Below are positions 1-9,095 of a stretch of 27,380 nt of DNA, in pieces (the first letter of the stretch is position 1; each line of letters opens with the position of its first letter). The translations under genes were made by a program, and so were the position numbers. The stretch is from Archangium sp. Its GTDB lineage: Bacteria; Myxococcota; Myxococcia; Myxococcales; Myxococcaceae. The notes under the pieces are model-generated. The model ran no database searches. It was not told where the DNA came from and worked only from the letters and a program-made list of their open reading frames with translations. The stretch lies in contig JANLPS010000300.1 in assembly GCA_031367385.1 (NCBI GenBank), positions 1 to 27,380 of the forward strand, in the 5' to 3' direction.

Positions 1-2
1 TC

Positions 3-764
3 GATTTCGTCGCCAAGCCCACCTCCGCCCAGGGGTTTTCGCTCGAAGAGGTGCGCGGCGAGCTGCTCGAGAAAGTTCGGTCGGCCCGCTTCGTTCGGCG
101 CGATGACCCCAAGCGCCGCGCAGCAGGGCCAGCCACGACGCCGCCCTCGGGCCCATTCTCGGCCCCTGAGCGCGCCGCGGTGGTCGCCATCGGCGCGTCG
201 ACCGGAGGCCCCCCTGCCGTACAACGCGTGCTCGAGTCGCTCTCGGGTCTGAACGTCTGTGTCTTGGTCGCTCAGCACATGCCGGAGCGGTTCACCGATG
301 CCTTCGCCCATCGCCTCGACGCCACGCTCCCGTTTCGCGTCACGAAGCCCAATTCAGGAGACCGGGTCGACTTTCCCCACGTGTACATCGCCAGTGGCGG
401 CACCCAGCTCGAGCTCGTCGAGGTGAGGGGGGTGTACTCGCTGCGCGTCACCGCCGGGCTGCCCAAAGAGCTGCATGCGCCGTCGGTCGATGTGTTGTTC
501 GCGAGCCTCGCCAAGACCCTGGGCGCCACCGCGAAAGCCGTCGTGCTCACCGGCATGGGCGACGACGGAGCGGCCGGCGTCAAAGCCCTGGGCGCGGTGG
601 GCGCTGAAGTGTGGGCCGAAGCGGAATCGAGCGCGGTCGTCTTCGGCATGCCGCAAGCGGCGATTGATACCGGCCAGGTGACCCACGTGTTGCCACTCGA
701 CCAGGTGGGCCCCTCGTTGGCGAAGGCGATCGCCCGAAGCGCGAAGTCGAAGCGGCGCACCTGA
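3..764 (+). CDS. cheB: Chemotaxis protein-glutamate methylesterase CheB (5' truncated by window)
   Basis: The frame is open from position 3 and reads DFVAKP (end of receiver domain). Methylesterase motifs follow: IGASTGGP, VAQHMP, PSVDVLF, LTGMGDDGA, VVFGMP. Confidence 0.95.
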   Translation, partial: DFVAKPTSAQGFSLEEVRGELLEKVRSARFVRRDDPKRRAAGPATTPPSGPFSAPERAAVVAIGASTGGPPAVQRVLESLSGLNVCVLVAQHMPERFTDAFAHRLDATLPFRVTKPNSGDRVDFPHVYIASGGTQLELVEVRGVYSLRVTAGLPKELHAPSVDVLFASLAKTLGATAKAVVLTGMGDDGAAGVKALGAVGAEVWAEAESSAVVFGMPQAAIDTGQVTHVLPLDQVGPSLAKAIARSAKSKRRT

Positions 765-769
765 CGGCC

Positions 770-1783
770 GTGAGCACTCGAACCGGCAAACGCGCCGCCC
801 GGAGCTCGAAGCCGAGGCGGCACCGGCACCGGCTTGCGCACCGAGGTGCGGTCGCGGGTCTTGCCGGCGTGCCTTCTCTGACTCGTTGCTTCGTGACCTC
901 TGCCGCTCTGACCCTCGTCTGCCTCGCTGCGTGCGGTGAGCAACCCACCCTCGGCGGCGGCACTGGCGGTGGCACCGGCACCGGAGGCGGTACCGGCGGG
1001 GGCACCGCCTCGCACGACGGCGGGCCGGGAAACACCAGCACCGATGCAGGGCCAGCAAGCTCGGTCGATGCCGGGCCAATGCGCGACGCCGGCATTACTG
1101 CACCACCCGACGCGGGCCCCACGATGCCCAAGGCCGACGCCGGCACCGCGTGCACCATGGTGCATTGGTACAAAGACAGTGACAACGACACCTACGGCGA
1201 CCCTGCGATGGTTCAAGACGCCTGCGCCGCGCCGTTCGGCTACGTCTCCTCGAGCACTGACTGCGACGACACCAGCCCGACCCGCCACCCCGGCGCACCC
1301 GAGCTCTGCAACACCGTCGACGACAACTGCGATGGCACTGTGAACGGCTCGGTGACTGAAGCTGCCGGGTGCGAAGCCGCCAAGGGCTCCTTCGACGGCG
1401 GTTTCAGAATGTACACCGCTGAGAAGCTCGGCTCGTCGGTCATCAACGAGATGCCCTGCAACGGCGGAGAGTCGATCAAGATCGACCCCGCGGCGACGCC
1501 AGTGGTCTCTGGCAATGTCGTCTGCACCTACAACGGCGGTTTGACCGCGTTCGGCCACACCCAGTACGGCACCATCGCTGGCACCCTCGGTGTCGATGGC
1601 AAATTGAACCTCGTGCTCGACTATGGCTTCTCGAGCGCCAGCGCCGACCGACGTCAATTCAAGGTCAACGGCACCGAAGCTGCTGGAGGCCTCGATGGCG
1701 GTGGCACCGGCAGCTGGTACCCGAATCAGCAGAGCGCCGTGCCGTGGGTCGTCGACATCTCGCTCAGCGGCGTCAAGCACTGA
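770..1783 (+). CDS. Putative lipoprotein with myxobacterial Cys/Asp-rich putative metal-binding repeat
   Basis: Lipobox-like LVCLAAC, GGGT and DAG low-complexity linker, and the motif WYKDSDNDTYGD...DCDDTSPTRHPGAPELCNTVDDNCDG. The true start may be downstream of the 770 GTG. Confidence 0.75.
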   Translation: MSTRTGKRAARSSKPRRHRHRLAHRGAVAGLAGVPSLTRCFVTSAALTLVCLAACGEQPTLGGGTGGGTGTGGGTGGGTASHDGGPGNTSTDAGPASSVDAGPMRDAGITAPPDAGPTMPKADAGTACTMVHWYKDSDNDTYGDPAMVQDACAAPFGYVSSSTDCDDTSPTRHPGAPELCNTVDDNCDGTVNGSVTEAAGCEAAKGSFDGGFRMYTAEKLGSSVINEMPCNGGESIKIDPAATPVVSGNVVCTYNGGLTAFGHTQYGTIAGTLGVDGKLNLVLDYGFSSASADRRQFKVNGTEAAGGLDGGGTGSWYPNQQSAVPWVVDISLSGVKH

Positions 1784-1867
1784 CTGCGGCGGGGCAGGGG
1801 CGCTTCTGTGGCCACTCGAAGACAAGGTCACGCACCTGACGAAGGTCAGTGTAGGCTGGCCGCCGCC

Positions 1868-2242
1868 ATGACGATTCATGCCCTGGTTGTCGACGACTCG
1901 ATGCAGCTGCGCCGCAGCGTGATGTACGCGTTGCAGCGCCTCAATGACGTCGTCTGTGTCGAAGCTGGCGATGGCGCCGAGGCGATCAAGAAATCGCAGC
2001 AGCAACAGTTCGACATCGTGCTCACCGACATCAACATGCCGGTGCTCGACGGGCTCAAGTTGGTCGCCCACCTGCGCGCCGACGCGGTCAACGCCAAGGT
2101 GCCCATCGTGGTCATCACCACCGAGAGTGCCGAGGCTGATCGCAACCGGGCCATGAAGCTCGGCGCCAGCGCGTACCTGGTGAAGCCGGTGCAGGCGAAC
2201 GAGATCTTGCAGACCGTTCAGAAGCTGCTGGGGCTCGAGTGA
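1868..2242 (+). CDS. Single-domain CheY-like response regulator
   Basis: ALVVDDS, IVLTDINMPVLDG (phospho-Asp), VVITTE, YLVKP. ATG 1868 is preferred over 1808 because it gives an exact receiver domain. Confidence 0.93.
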   Translation: MTIHALVVDDSMQLRRSVMYALQRLNDVVCVEAGDGAEAIKKSQQQQFDIVLTDINMPVLDGLKLVAHLRADAVNAKVPIVVITTESAEADRNRAMKLGASAYLVKPVQANEILQTVQKLLGLE

Positions 2243-4221
2243 GCTTCGTCGGGCTGGTTCTCGCTGCCGCCCTCGGTGCGTCTGCCCCGATGGCTGAGGT
2301 CTGGCCCTACAAAGCCACGCGCACCATCGATGGCACCATCGAGTACTCGTATGACTTGTCGGCGCTCAAATTGGGCCGAGGTTCGGCCGATGCGAAAGCA
2401 GCGCACGGCGAAGAGAACGTCTCGGCGTTCTTGAAGCAGCTCCCTCGCGACGTGAAGGTCAAGGTACACGGAGGCAACAGCTACAACCTCAGCGCTGGCC
2501 GCGGCCTCGAGCCCAACCCCCTCGCCACCAGCTTCGCTCAGGTCAGCGACGGCCCGATCGAGGTCGACAACCCCATCGCTCGCAAGCCCGGCGCCCGACT
2601 GCGCCCCGCGTTCGACCCCAACGAGCCCAAAGTGCTCATCGGCGCCGAGCAGGTGCTGTGGCAGGTCCGCGCCCTCGAAGAAGCGGCACTGGCGGCCGTC
2701 GAGGTCGACACCGAGTGGTTGCGCCGCGAGCTGTGGGGCAAGGTCGCTGATCGCGCGGCGGCTCGCTTCAAGGTGGGGCAGGGTGATGTTCGCGAAGGCG
2801 CGCTCGCGCTCACCGCCCGAGTCGTGGCCGCCAATGCGTGCCTCGAGCGCAGCCGCGTGCCTCCGGCCATCAAGAGCGACGCCGAGCTCAACACCGCCGT
2901 CGAAGCCGAGCTGCAGCGGCTGTTGCATGACCCCGATGCGCTGGCGGTGCCGATGCCGTGGGCCTCGAACGCCGAGCTGACCTGCGGGTGGGTTCGTGCG
3001 CGGGCGCTCGGTCAGCCGTTTGAAAATTCACGTGCCGGCACCGTCGCGGTGCTGCTGTTTCTCGACGCGCTCGAAAAAGACCCCAAGGTTCGCGTGTTCT
3101 GGGAGCGCATTCGCGTTCGCCGTGACCGATTCGTCGGCGTACCCACCGAAGAGCGCATCAGCGCGTGGCGCACCGCAACCGCCGGAGACACCAGCAAGGC
3201 GCTCGATGGGCTCAGCGAGTTCATCGAGGGCATGCCGACCACCCAGCGCACGCCGCCGCCGTTGATGGCTCTGCCCACCACGCCGTTCGCCAGGTTCATG
3301 ACCGAGCTTAGCGGGCCCGAGCGCATCTCGATGCTCGAGGAGCTCGTCTCGGCGGTTCAAGACGGCCGCATCACCCCGAGTGACGCCGCCTGGCCGACCA
3401 GCAAAGAGAACGAGCTCGTGCCCTTCGCGGCGAATGAGAGCAACGGCGCGCTGCAATTCGATTCGAGCTGGAGAGACCGGCTGGTGACCTCGTTCGCCAC
3501 GCTGCAGGGCCTGCCCCACGACTCGCGCAGCCACGATGTCGACCCGCTCAGCGACTTGACCGAGCGCAGTGAGCTGCTCGTTCGGTTGCAGGTGCCTCCG
3601 TTGCTCGAGGTCGAGCCCCTGCCGCATGCCTACGAGCGCGCGGCGGTGTCGCTCGAGCGGTTGATCTCCGCGCTCACTGCCGACAATCTCACCGGGCTCA
3701 AGGGCTTCGGAGTCGACGGCCGACGCTGGCCCGATACCGTCATCAATGACGCCAGGCGGTTGCAGCCGGTGCTTCGTGGCCTCGCGAAGCTGGCCTCGCC
3801 CGAGCTGCCGATGGTCGATGGCCGAGATGTGGCTGAGGCACGCCGCTTCATCTCGAGCTGGCGCAGTGAGGCGACCTTCACCCGTGACGTGCGGGTGGCG
3901 ACCGAGTCGGCTTTGTCTGCGGGCAGCGAGCGCAGCCACAGCGCGATCATCGGAGTCGGGCGTCGCGAGCTCGCCGTCACCTTCGCCACCAAGCCCAAGC
4001 TGCATCTCGAGGGGCCCCAGGCCGGCATCGAGCTCAACGCAGAAGCCGAGCAGCGGTACATCGTGCCGGTGTTGGTCTCGGTGTCGGTGAGCGTGGCGTC
4101 TTCGGTGAAGTTGCTCGATCGCTCGGTCATCAAAACTCTGGTCGACGGCTCGGGTCGAGATCGCACGCGCAGCGAAGGGGCCTTCATCGAAGCCCTCTCG
4201 GCACCGCTGAGCTCTCAGTAG
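2239..4221 (+). CDS. Secreted hypothetical protein, possibly a distant DUF3160-like protein
   Basis: GTGA overlap with the regulator gene. N-terminal signal peptide (FVGLVLAAALGASA). Segments WRDRLVTSFATLQGLPHD and LEVEPLPHAYER recall DUF3160 motifs from memory. Confidence 0.7.
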   Translation: MSFVGLVLAAALGASAPMAEVWPYKATRTIDGTIEYSYDLSALKLGRGSADAKAAHGEENVSAFLKQLPRDVKVKVHGGNSYNLSAGRGLEPNPLATSFAQVSDGPIEVDNPIARKPGARLRPAFDPNEPKVLIGAEQVLWQVRALEEAALAAVEVDTEWLRRELWGKVADRAAARFKVGQGDVREGALALTARVVAANACLERSRVPPAIKSDAELNTAVEAELQRLLHDPDALAVPMPWASNAELTCGWVRARALGQPFENSRAGTVAVLLFLDALEKDPKVRVFWERIRVRRDRFVGVPTEERISAWRTATAGDTSKALDGLSEFIEGMPTTQRTPPPLMALPTTPFARFMTELSGPERISMLEELVSAVQDGRITPSDAAWPTSKENELVPFAANESNGALQFDSSWRDRLVTSFATLQGLPHDSRSHDVDPLSDLTERSELLVRLQVPPLLEVEPLPHAYERAAVSLERLISALTADNLTGLKGFGVDGRRWPDTVINDARRLQPVLRGLAKLASPELPMVDGRDVAEARRFISSWRSEATFTRDVRVATESALSAGSERSHSAIIGVGRRELAVTFATKPKLHLEGPQAGIELNAEAEQRYIVPVLVSVSVSVASSVKLLDRSVIKTLVDGSGRDRTRSEGAFIEALSAPLSSQ

Positions 4222-4252
4222 TCAAGGCGCCAAACCTCTGTATAAGGCGGCC

Positions 4253-5887
4253 ATGATCTCCGCGAACCCTCGCGTGCCGCTCCCCGCCAACGAGCCCGTT
4301 CTCTCTTACGCCCCAGCCAGCCCCGAGCGCGCCGCGCTCAAGGCTGCACTCACCCACTTGGGCGGCGAGCGCCCCGACATCCCGCTCCTCATCGGCGGCG
4401 CCGAGGTTCGCACCGGTCACACCTTCGAGGTGCGCTCTCCGCACAAGCACTCACAGCTGCTCGCGACCGTGCATGCCGCCGGGCCTGGCGAAATTGAAAA
4501 GGCCATCACCTCGGCGGTGGCCACCCGGGCCTCGTGGGGCGCGACCCCGTTCAACGAGCGCGCGTCGATTTTTCTTCGCGCCGCCGAGCTGCTCGCCACC
4601 AAGTACCGGGCGACCATCAACGCCGCCACCATGCTGGGCCAGTCGAAGACCGCCTACCAGGCCGAGATCGACGCGGTCTGCGAAGCCGTCGATTTCTTGC
4701 GCTTCAACGTCGCGTTCGCGCAGCAGCTCCACGATCTGCAGCCACAAAGCAGCCCCGGAGTGTGGAACCAGACCGACTACCGCCCCCTCGACGGCTTCGT
4801 CTTCGCCATCGCGCCGTTCAACTTCACCGCCATCGCGCTCAACCTCTGCACCGCGCCCGCATTGATGGGCAACACGGTGCTGCTCAAGCCGTCGAACACC
4901 GCCATGCTCAGCGCCTGGCACCTGATGCGCGTGCTCAAAGAGGCTGGCTTGCCCGACGGCGTCGTCAACCTCGTACCCGGAGACGGCCCCACCGTCGGCA
5001 ACCCGGTCATGGCCTCGCGCGACTTGGGCGGCGTGCACTTCACCGGCTCGACCGGCGTCTTCAACTCGTTGTGGAAGACGGTCGGCGAAAATATCAGCAA
5101 TTACCGGCAGTACCCGCGCATCGTTGGCGAGACCGGGGGCAAAGACTTCATCTTCGTGCACCCCTCGGCGGCCGATGATCTCGACGCCGTTGCCGTGGCC
5201 ATCACCCGCGGCGGGTACGAGTACCAAGGTCAGAAGTGTTCGGCGTGCAGCCGGGTCTATGTGCCCGCATCGCTCTGGCCCAAGCTCAAAGAGCGCCTGG
5301 TGCCGATGATCGAGGGCCTCAAGATGGGCGACGTCGCTGACTTCCGAAACTTCCTCGGAGCGGTCATCGACGAGCGCTCCTTCGCGCGGGTTGAGAAGTA
5401 CCTGGCGTTGGCCCGCGGCCCCGGCGCCACCATCGTCGCTGGCGGCACCACCGACCGCACCGAGGGCTGGTTCGTGCGGCCCACGCTGGTGAAGCTCGAA
5501 AACCCGCGCAACCCCTTGATGGTCGAAGAGATTTTCGCACCCATCGTCAGCCTGTTCGTCTACCCCGACGCCCAGTACGTCGAGACCCTTCGCGAGTGCG
5601 ACGGGGCTTCGATGTACGCCCTCACCGGAGCCGTCTTCGCAAGAGATCGCAACGCCATCGCCACCGCGTCAGCCGAGCTGCGCCACACCGCTGGCAATTT
5701 CTACATCAACGACAAACCCACCGGCGCCGTCGTCGGCCAGCAACCCTTCGGCGGCAGCCGCGGCTCGGGTACCAACGACAAGGCCGGCTCCATCTTGAAC
5801 CTCATTCGGTGGACCTCGCCTCGCACCATCAAGGAGACCCTCGTGCCCCCCACCCGGGTCGACTACCCCTTCATGGCCGCCGAGTGA
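4253..5887 (+). CDS. pruA: L-glutamate gamma-semialdehyde (1-pyrroline-5-carboxylate) dehydrogenase
   Basis: NEPVLSY, ATMLGQSKT..QAEIDA, PFNFTAI, FTGST, GETGGKDF, EYQGQKCSACSR (catalytic Cys), EEIFAP, NDKPTGAVVGQQPFGG.RGSGTNDKAG. Confidence 0.96.
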   Translation: MISANPRVPLPANEPVLSYAPASPERAALKAALTHLGGERPDIPLLIGGAEVRTGHTFEVRSPHKHSQLLATVHAAGPGEIEKAITSAVATRASWGATPFNERASIFLRAAELLATKYRATINAATMLGQSKTAYQAEIDAVCEAVDFLRFNVAFAQQLHDLQPQSSPGVWNQTDYRPLDGFVFAIAPFNFTAIALNLCTAPALMGNTVLLKPSNTAMLSAWHLMRVLKEAGLPDGVVNLVPGDGPTVGNPVMASRDLGGVHFTGSTGVFNSLWKTVGENISNYRQYPRIVGETGGKDFIFVHPSAADDLDAVAVAITRGGYEYQGQKCSACSRVYVPASLWPKLKERLVPMIEGLKMGDVADFRNFLGAVIDERSFARVEKYLALARGPGATIVAGGTTDRTEGWFVRPTLVKLENPRNPLMVEEIFAPIVSLFVYPDAQYVETLRECDGASMYALTGAVFARDRNAIATASAELRHTAGNFYINDKPTGAVVGQQPFGGSRGSGTNDKAGSILNLIRWTSPRTIKETLVPPTRVDYPFMAAE

Positions 5888-5927
5888 CTTGTCGGCGCTG
5901 ACGGTCTTCTGTTACTGATGCAACGCA

Positions 5928-6365
5928 ATGGCAACAGAGCCCACCCTCGACGCGCTGCGAACCACCATTCGCCAGGCGGGTCTGCGCAGCACCTCGCCCC
6001 GGTTGGCGGTGCTCCGTCAGCTCTCGAGCGCGGTGACCCCCGTCTCCCACGGTGAGCTGGTCGACGCCCTCGCTGGAGAGGGGATGGACCGCACCACCGT
6101 GTACCGAAACCTCGTCGACTTGACCGAAGTCGGTCTGGTGCAGCGCACCGACCTGGGCGATCACGTGTGGCGCTTCGAGCTTCGCCGCTCCCGCACCGAA
6201 GGTGACGACGCCAAGCACCCTCACTTCACCTGCAGCGGCTGCGGCTCGGTCGCGTGCCTGCCCGAAGTCACCCTCACGGTGAAGGCAGGCAAGGGCGTGC
6301 CCAAGTCGCTCTCGAAGCAGAAGGTCGAAATTCAACTGCGGGGCCTGTGTGATGCCTGTGCGTGA
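5928..6365 (+). CDS. Fur-family metal-responsive transcriptional regulator
   Basis: GLRSTSPRLAVL, DRTTVYRNL..L.EVGLV, HPHFTCSGC and C-terminal GLCDAC (two CxxC sites). Confidence 0.92.
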   Translation: MATEPTLDALRTTIRQAGLRSTSPRLAVLRQLSSAVTPVSHGELVDALAGEGMDRTTVYRNLVDLTEVGLVQRTDLGDHVWRFELRRSRTEGDDAKHPHFTCSGCGSVACLPEVTLTVKAGKGVPKSLSKQKVEIQLRGLCDACA

Positions 6366-6369
6366 CGCC

Positions 6370-7299
6370 ATGACCTCTCCCGCCGAGTGCGCCGTCTACG
6401 AGCCGCCCAAGGCGTCGCAGCGCAAAGAGCTCCGCACCCAGATCGTCGTCGGCATCACCGCGCTGATGATGGTGCTCGAGCTCGTCGTCGGCTACCTCAC
6501 CAAGTCGCTGGCGCTCACCGCTGACGGCTGGCACATGGCCACCCACGTCGGCGCCTTGGGGCTCACCGCGGTCGCCTACTGGTACGCCCGCACCCGCGCC
6601 GGAGAAGCCCGCTTCGCCTTCGGCACCGGGAAGATCTACGCCCTTGCCGGGTTCACAAGCAGCTCGCTTTTGGTCGGAGTCGCCGTGACCATGCTCATCG
6701 AAGGCGTTGCTCGCTTCATTCACCCCGAGGCCGTCGACTTCACTGACGCTTTCCCCGTCGCGGTGTTGGGGCTCGTGATCAACATCGCCTCGGCGTTTCT
6801 GCTCAACGTCAAAGAGCACGATCACCACGACCACGCGGGTCACTCGCACGACCACGAGGGGCATGATCACAACCTTCGGGCAGCGTATTTGCATGTGGTG
6901 GCCGATGCCTTGACCTCGGTCCTCGCCATCGCTGCCCTCCTCGCCGGCCGGTACCTCGGTTGGGCCTGGCTCGACCCCAGCGTCGCGATCATCGCCTCGG
7001 TCGTCATCCTCCGCTGGGGGTTTGGGCTGCTGCGCGACTCCGCCTCTCAGCTCATCGACATGAGCCCCTCGCTCGAGCTTCGCGAGAAGGTCAAGCACGC
7101 GCTCGAATCGTTCGCCGATACCCGAGTCATCGATCTGCACCTGTGGCGGGTCAGCCCGACCCAGCTCGCCTGTGTGGTGACCGTGAGCGCTGGCGCGCCC
7201 ACCTCGCTCGACGAATACAAGGCCGCGGTTCGCGCGGCGGCCCCGATTGACCATCTGACCGTCGAGGTCTCTCCCCGACCGGTGCCGGTGGCCGCATGA
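6370..7299 (+). CDS. dmeF: Cation diffusion facilitator, DmeF-like Co/Ni efflux transporter
   Basis: SLALTADGWHMATH, FAFGTGKIYALAGF, His-rich loop HDHHDHAGHSHDHEGHDHNLRAAYLHVVADALTS, DLHLW. ATG at 6370 lies 4 nt after the fur stop. Confidence 0.88.
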   Translation: MTSPAECAVYEPPKASQRKELRTQIVVGITALMMVLELVVGYLTKSLALTADGWHMATHVGALGLTAVAYWYARTRAGEARFAFGTGKIYALAGFTSSSLLVGVAVTMLIEGVARFIHPEAVDFTDAFPVAVLGLVINIASAFLLNVKEHDHHDHAGHSHDHEGHDHNLRAAYLHVVADALTSVLAIAALLAGRYLGWAWLDPSVAIIASVVILRWGFGLLRDSASQLIDMSPSLELREKVKHALESFADTRVIDLHLWRVSPTQLACVVTVSAGAPTSLDEYKAAVRAAAPIDHLTVEVSPRPVPVAA

Positions 7300-7904
7300 G
7301 AGACCCGCTCGTCGACTTTCGCTGGGCCGTCGACGAGCAGATTTTTCACGCCATCAATGCGTACGAGAACCCCGCCCTCGACTCGCTCTGGTTCGCGCTG
7401 AGCAGCCGTGAATTCGGGGCCCTCGCAGGCCTCGTGCTCGCCCTGTGGCTGCTCCACCACTATCGCAAGCATGCGCTGATACCCCTCTTGCAACTCGCCA
7501 TGGCCGCTGCATTGGCCGACAGCCTCGGTGCGCGCGTGCTCAAGCCCTTCTTCGCGCGCATGCGCCCTTCATTTGCGCTCGTCGGTGACGCGGTTCGGGT
7601 GCTCTCGCCAGTGGCTGACTCCCCGTCGATGCCCTCGGGCCACTCCGCGACCGCGTTCGCCGTCGCCACCGTCATGGCCCTGCGCATTCCCCGGGCGGGG
7701 TGGGTGCTGTACCCCTTCGCGATTCTCGTCGCGCTCAGCCGCGTCGGCGTCGGCGTGCACTGGCCGTCTGACATCTTGGCCGGCGCCCTGTTCGGCATCT
7801 CCATCGGAGCCCTGGTGTTCCTCCCTTTCCGCCACTTGCCGGGCAAACACGCTCCGGCGCACCCACCCGTGCCGCCCCCGCCACCACCGGCCTTGACGCA
7901 ATGA
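7296..7904 (+). CDS. PAP2-family membrane phosphatase
   Basis: Canonical K-x6-RP (KPFFARMRP), PSGH and SR-x5-H-x3-D (SRVGVGVHWPSD) motifs. ATGA overlap with the CDF gene. Confidence 0.93.
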   Translation: MRDPLVDFRWAVDEQIFHAINAYENPALDSLWFALSSREFGALAGLVLALWLLHHYRKHALIPLLQLAMAAALADSLGARVLKPFFARMRPSFALVGDAVRVLSPVADSPSMPSGHSATAFAVATVMALRIPRAGWVLYPFAILVALSRVGVGVHWPSDILAGALFGISIGALVFLPFRHLPGKHAPAHPPVPPPPPPALTQ

Positions 7905-7929
7905 AGGTTCGTCGGCAGGTGTGGGGCCC

Positions 7930-9078
7930 ATGTCCGACCCGGCTCAGCAGCCCCCCCTCGCGGTGATCGCCGATTCACAGCATCGCGCGTTGCGCTGGGC
8001 GGCCATCTTGGCGGTCGCCGCCATCATGTATGTGCTCGAGCCGCTCGCCATCGGCATTCTGCTGGGCGCCCTGTTTGCGTTTATGGCCCAGCCGCTCTTC
8101 TCACGGCTGACCCTCAAGTTCGGCGCTCGCGTCGGAGCCCTACTCACCGTCGCCATCACCACGCTCATCGTCGCGGGCAGCCTGGTGGGGCTTGGGTACC
8201 TGCTGGCCTCCAAGGGCGTGGTGCACGCCCGCGAGCTCGTCGCAGCGCTCGGCCCCGACAGCCCGAACGGCGGCGTCTTGACCGAAATCGGCAAGTACAC
8301 GACGCACATCGGCATCGAAGGGTCCGAGCTCGCCGAGCGCATGCGCTCCCTCGCCGAGAGCGGAGTGACCAAGTTCGCCGCCGCTGGGGCCGCGCTGCTC
8401 TCGATGACCGCCGCCAGCCTGCTGGTGCTGTTCTTCATGATGCTGACGATGCATTTCGTGCTCCGAAACGCGTCGCTGGTCATTCGCGCCACTGCCGATG
8501 CGCTCCCCTTGAAGCCGGAGTGGACCATCGAGCTGCTCGCCGAGTTTCGACGCGTCGGCAAGACGACGCTCTTCGGCACCATCGCCACCGGCATGATTCA
8601 AGGCGTGTTGGCCACCGTGGGGTTTTGGGTCACCGGCGTGCCTGACCCACTCTTCTATGGCGTCGCCACCGCCGTTGCGTCTCTCGTACCCGCGGTCGGT
8701 ACCCTGCTGGTGTGGGTGCCCGTGGGCGTGGTGATGATTCTCACCGGCCACCCGGGCGGCGGCATCTGCGAGCTGGTCTGGGGCTCACTGGTCGTCGTGG
8801 GCGCGTCGGACTACGTCATTCGACCCAGGCTCATCGGCGGCGAGAGCGAGCTGCCGTCGCTGCTCACCTTCGCGGCGCTCTTCGGCGGAGTCGAGGTCTT
8901 CGGCCTCAAGGGTCTAATCGTCGGCCCGGTGGTGATGTCGTTGGCCTTCGCGGTGCTGCGCCTCTACACCCGCGAATCGAAGCTGCCCCCCCCGTCGGTC
9001 ATCGTCGACAGCTCGGGCAAAACGACAACGGCGGAGGCGATCGTCGCGCCCCCGCCGTCTGCTGTCGTGAAACCGTAG
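7930..9078 (+). CDS. AI-2E (PerM/UPF0118) family transporter
   Basis: Multi-TM protein with QGVLATVGF, SLVPAVGTLLVWVP, DYVIRPRLIG, FGGVEVFGLKGLIVGP. Confidence 0.9.
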   Translation: MSDPAQQPPLAVIADSQHRALRWAAILAVAAIMYVLEPLAIGILLGALFAFMAQPLFSRLTLKFGARVGALLTVAITTLIVAGSLVGLGYLLASKGVVHARELVAALGPDSPNGGVLTEIGKYTTHIGIEGSELAERMRSLAESGVTKFAAAGAALLSMTAASLLVLFFMMLTMHFVLRNASLVIRATADALPLKPEWTIELLAEFRRVGKTTLFGTIATGMIQGVLATVGFWVTGVPDPLFYGVATAVASLVPAVGTLLVWVPVGVVMILTGHPGGGICELVWGSLVVVGASDYVIRPRLIGGESELPSLLTFAALFGGVEVFGLKGLIVGPVVMSLAFAVLRLYTRESKLPPPSVIVDSSGKTTTAEAIVAPPPSAVVKP

Positions 9079-9095
9079 GTTCTGAAAAAGCTGCG

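Noticed and set aside
951..1010. GGCGGCGGCACT/GGCACC-type short repeats
   Set aside because: These simply encode a GGGT linker common in myxobacterial lipoproteins.
272..2071. 599-aa minus-strand ORF and similar long antisense ORFs (e.g. 12882-14003, 14352-15719, 20012-21463, 21517-22983, 22952-24730, 26530-27342)
   Set aside because: Shadow ORFs opposite well-supported genes, expected in high-GC DNA with strong codon bias. No family motifs.
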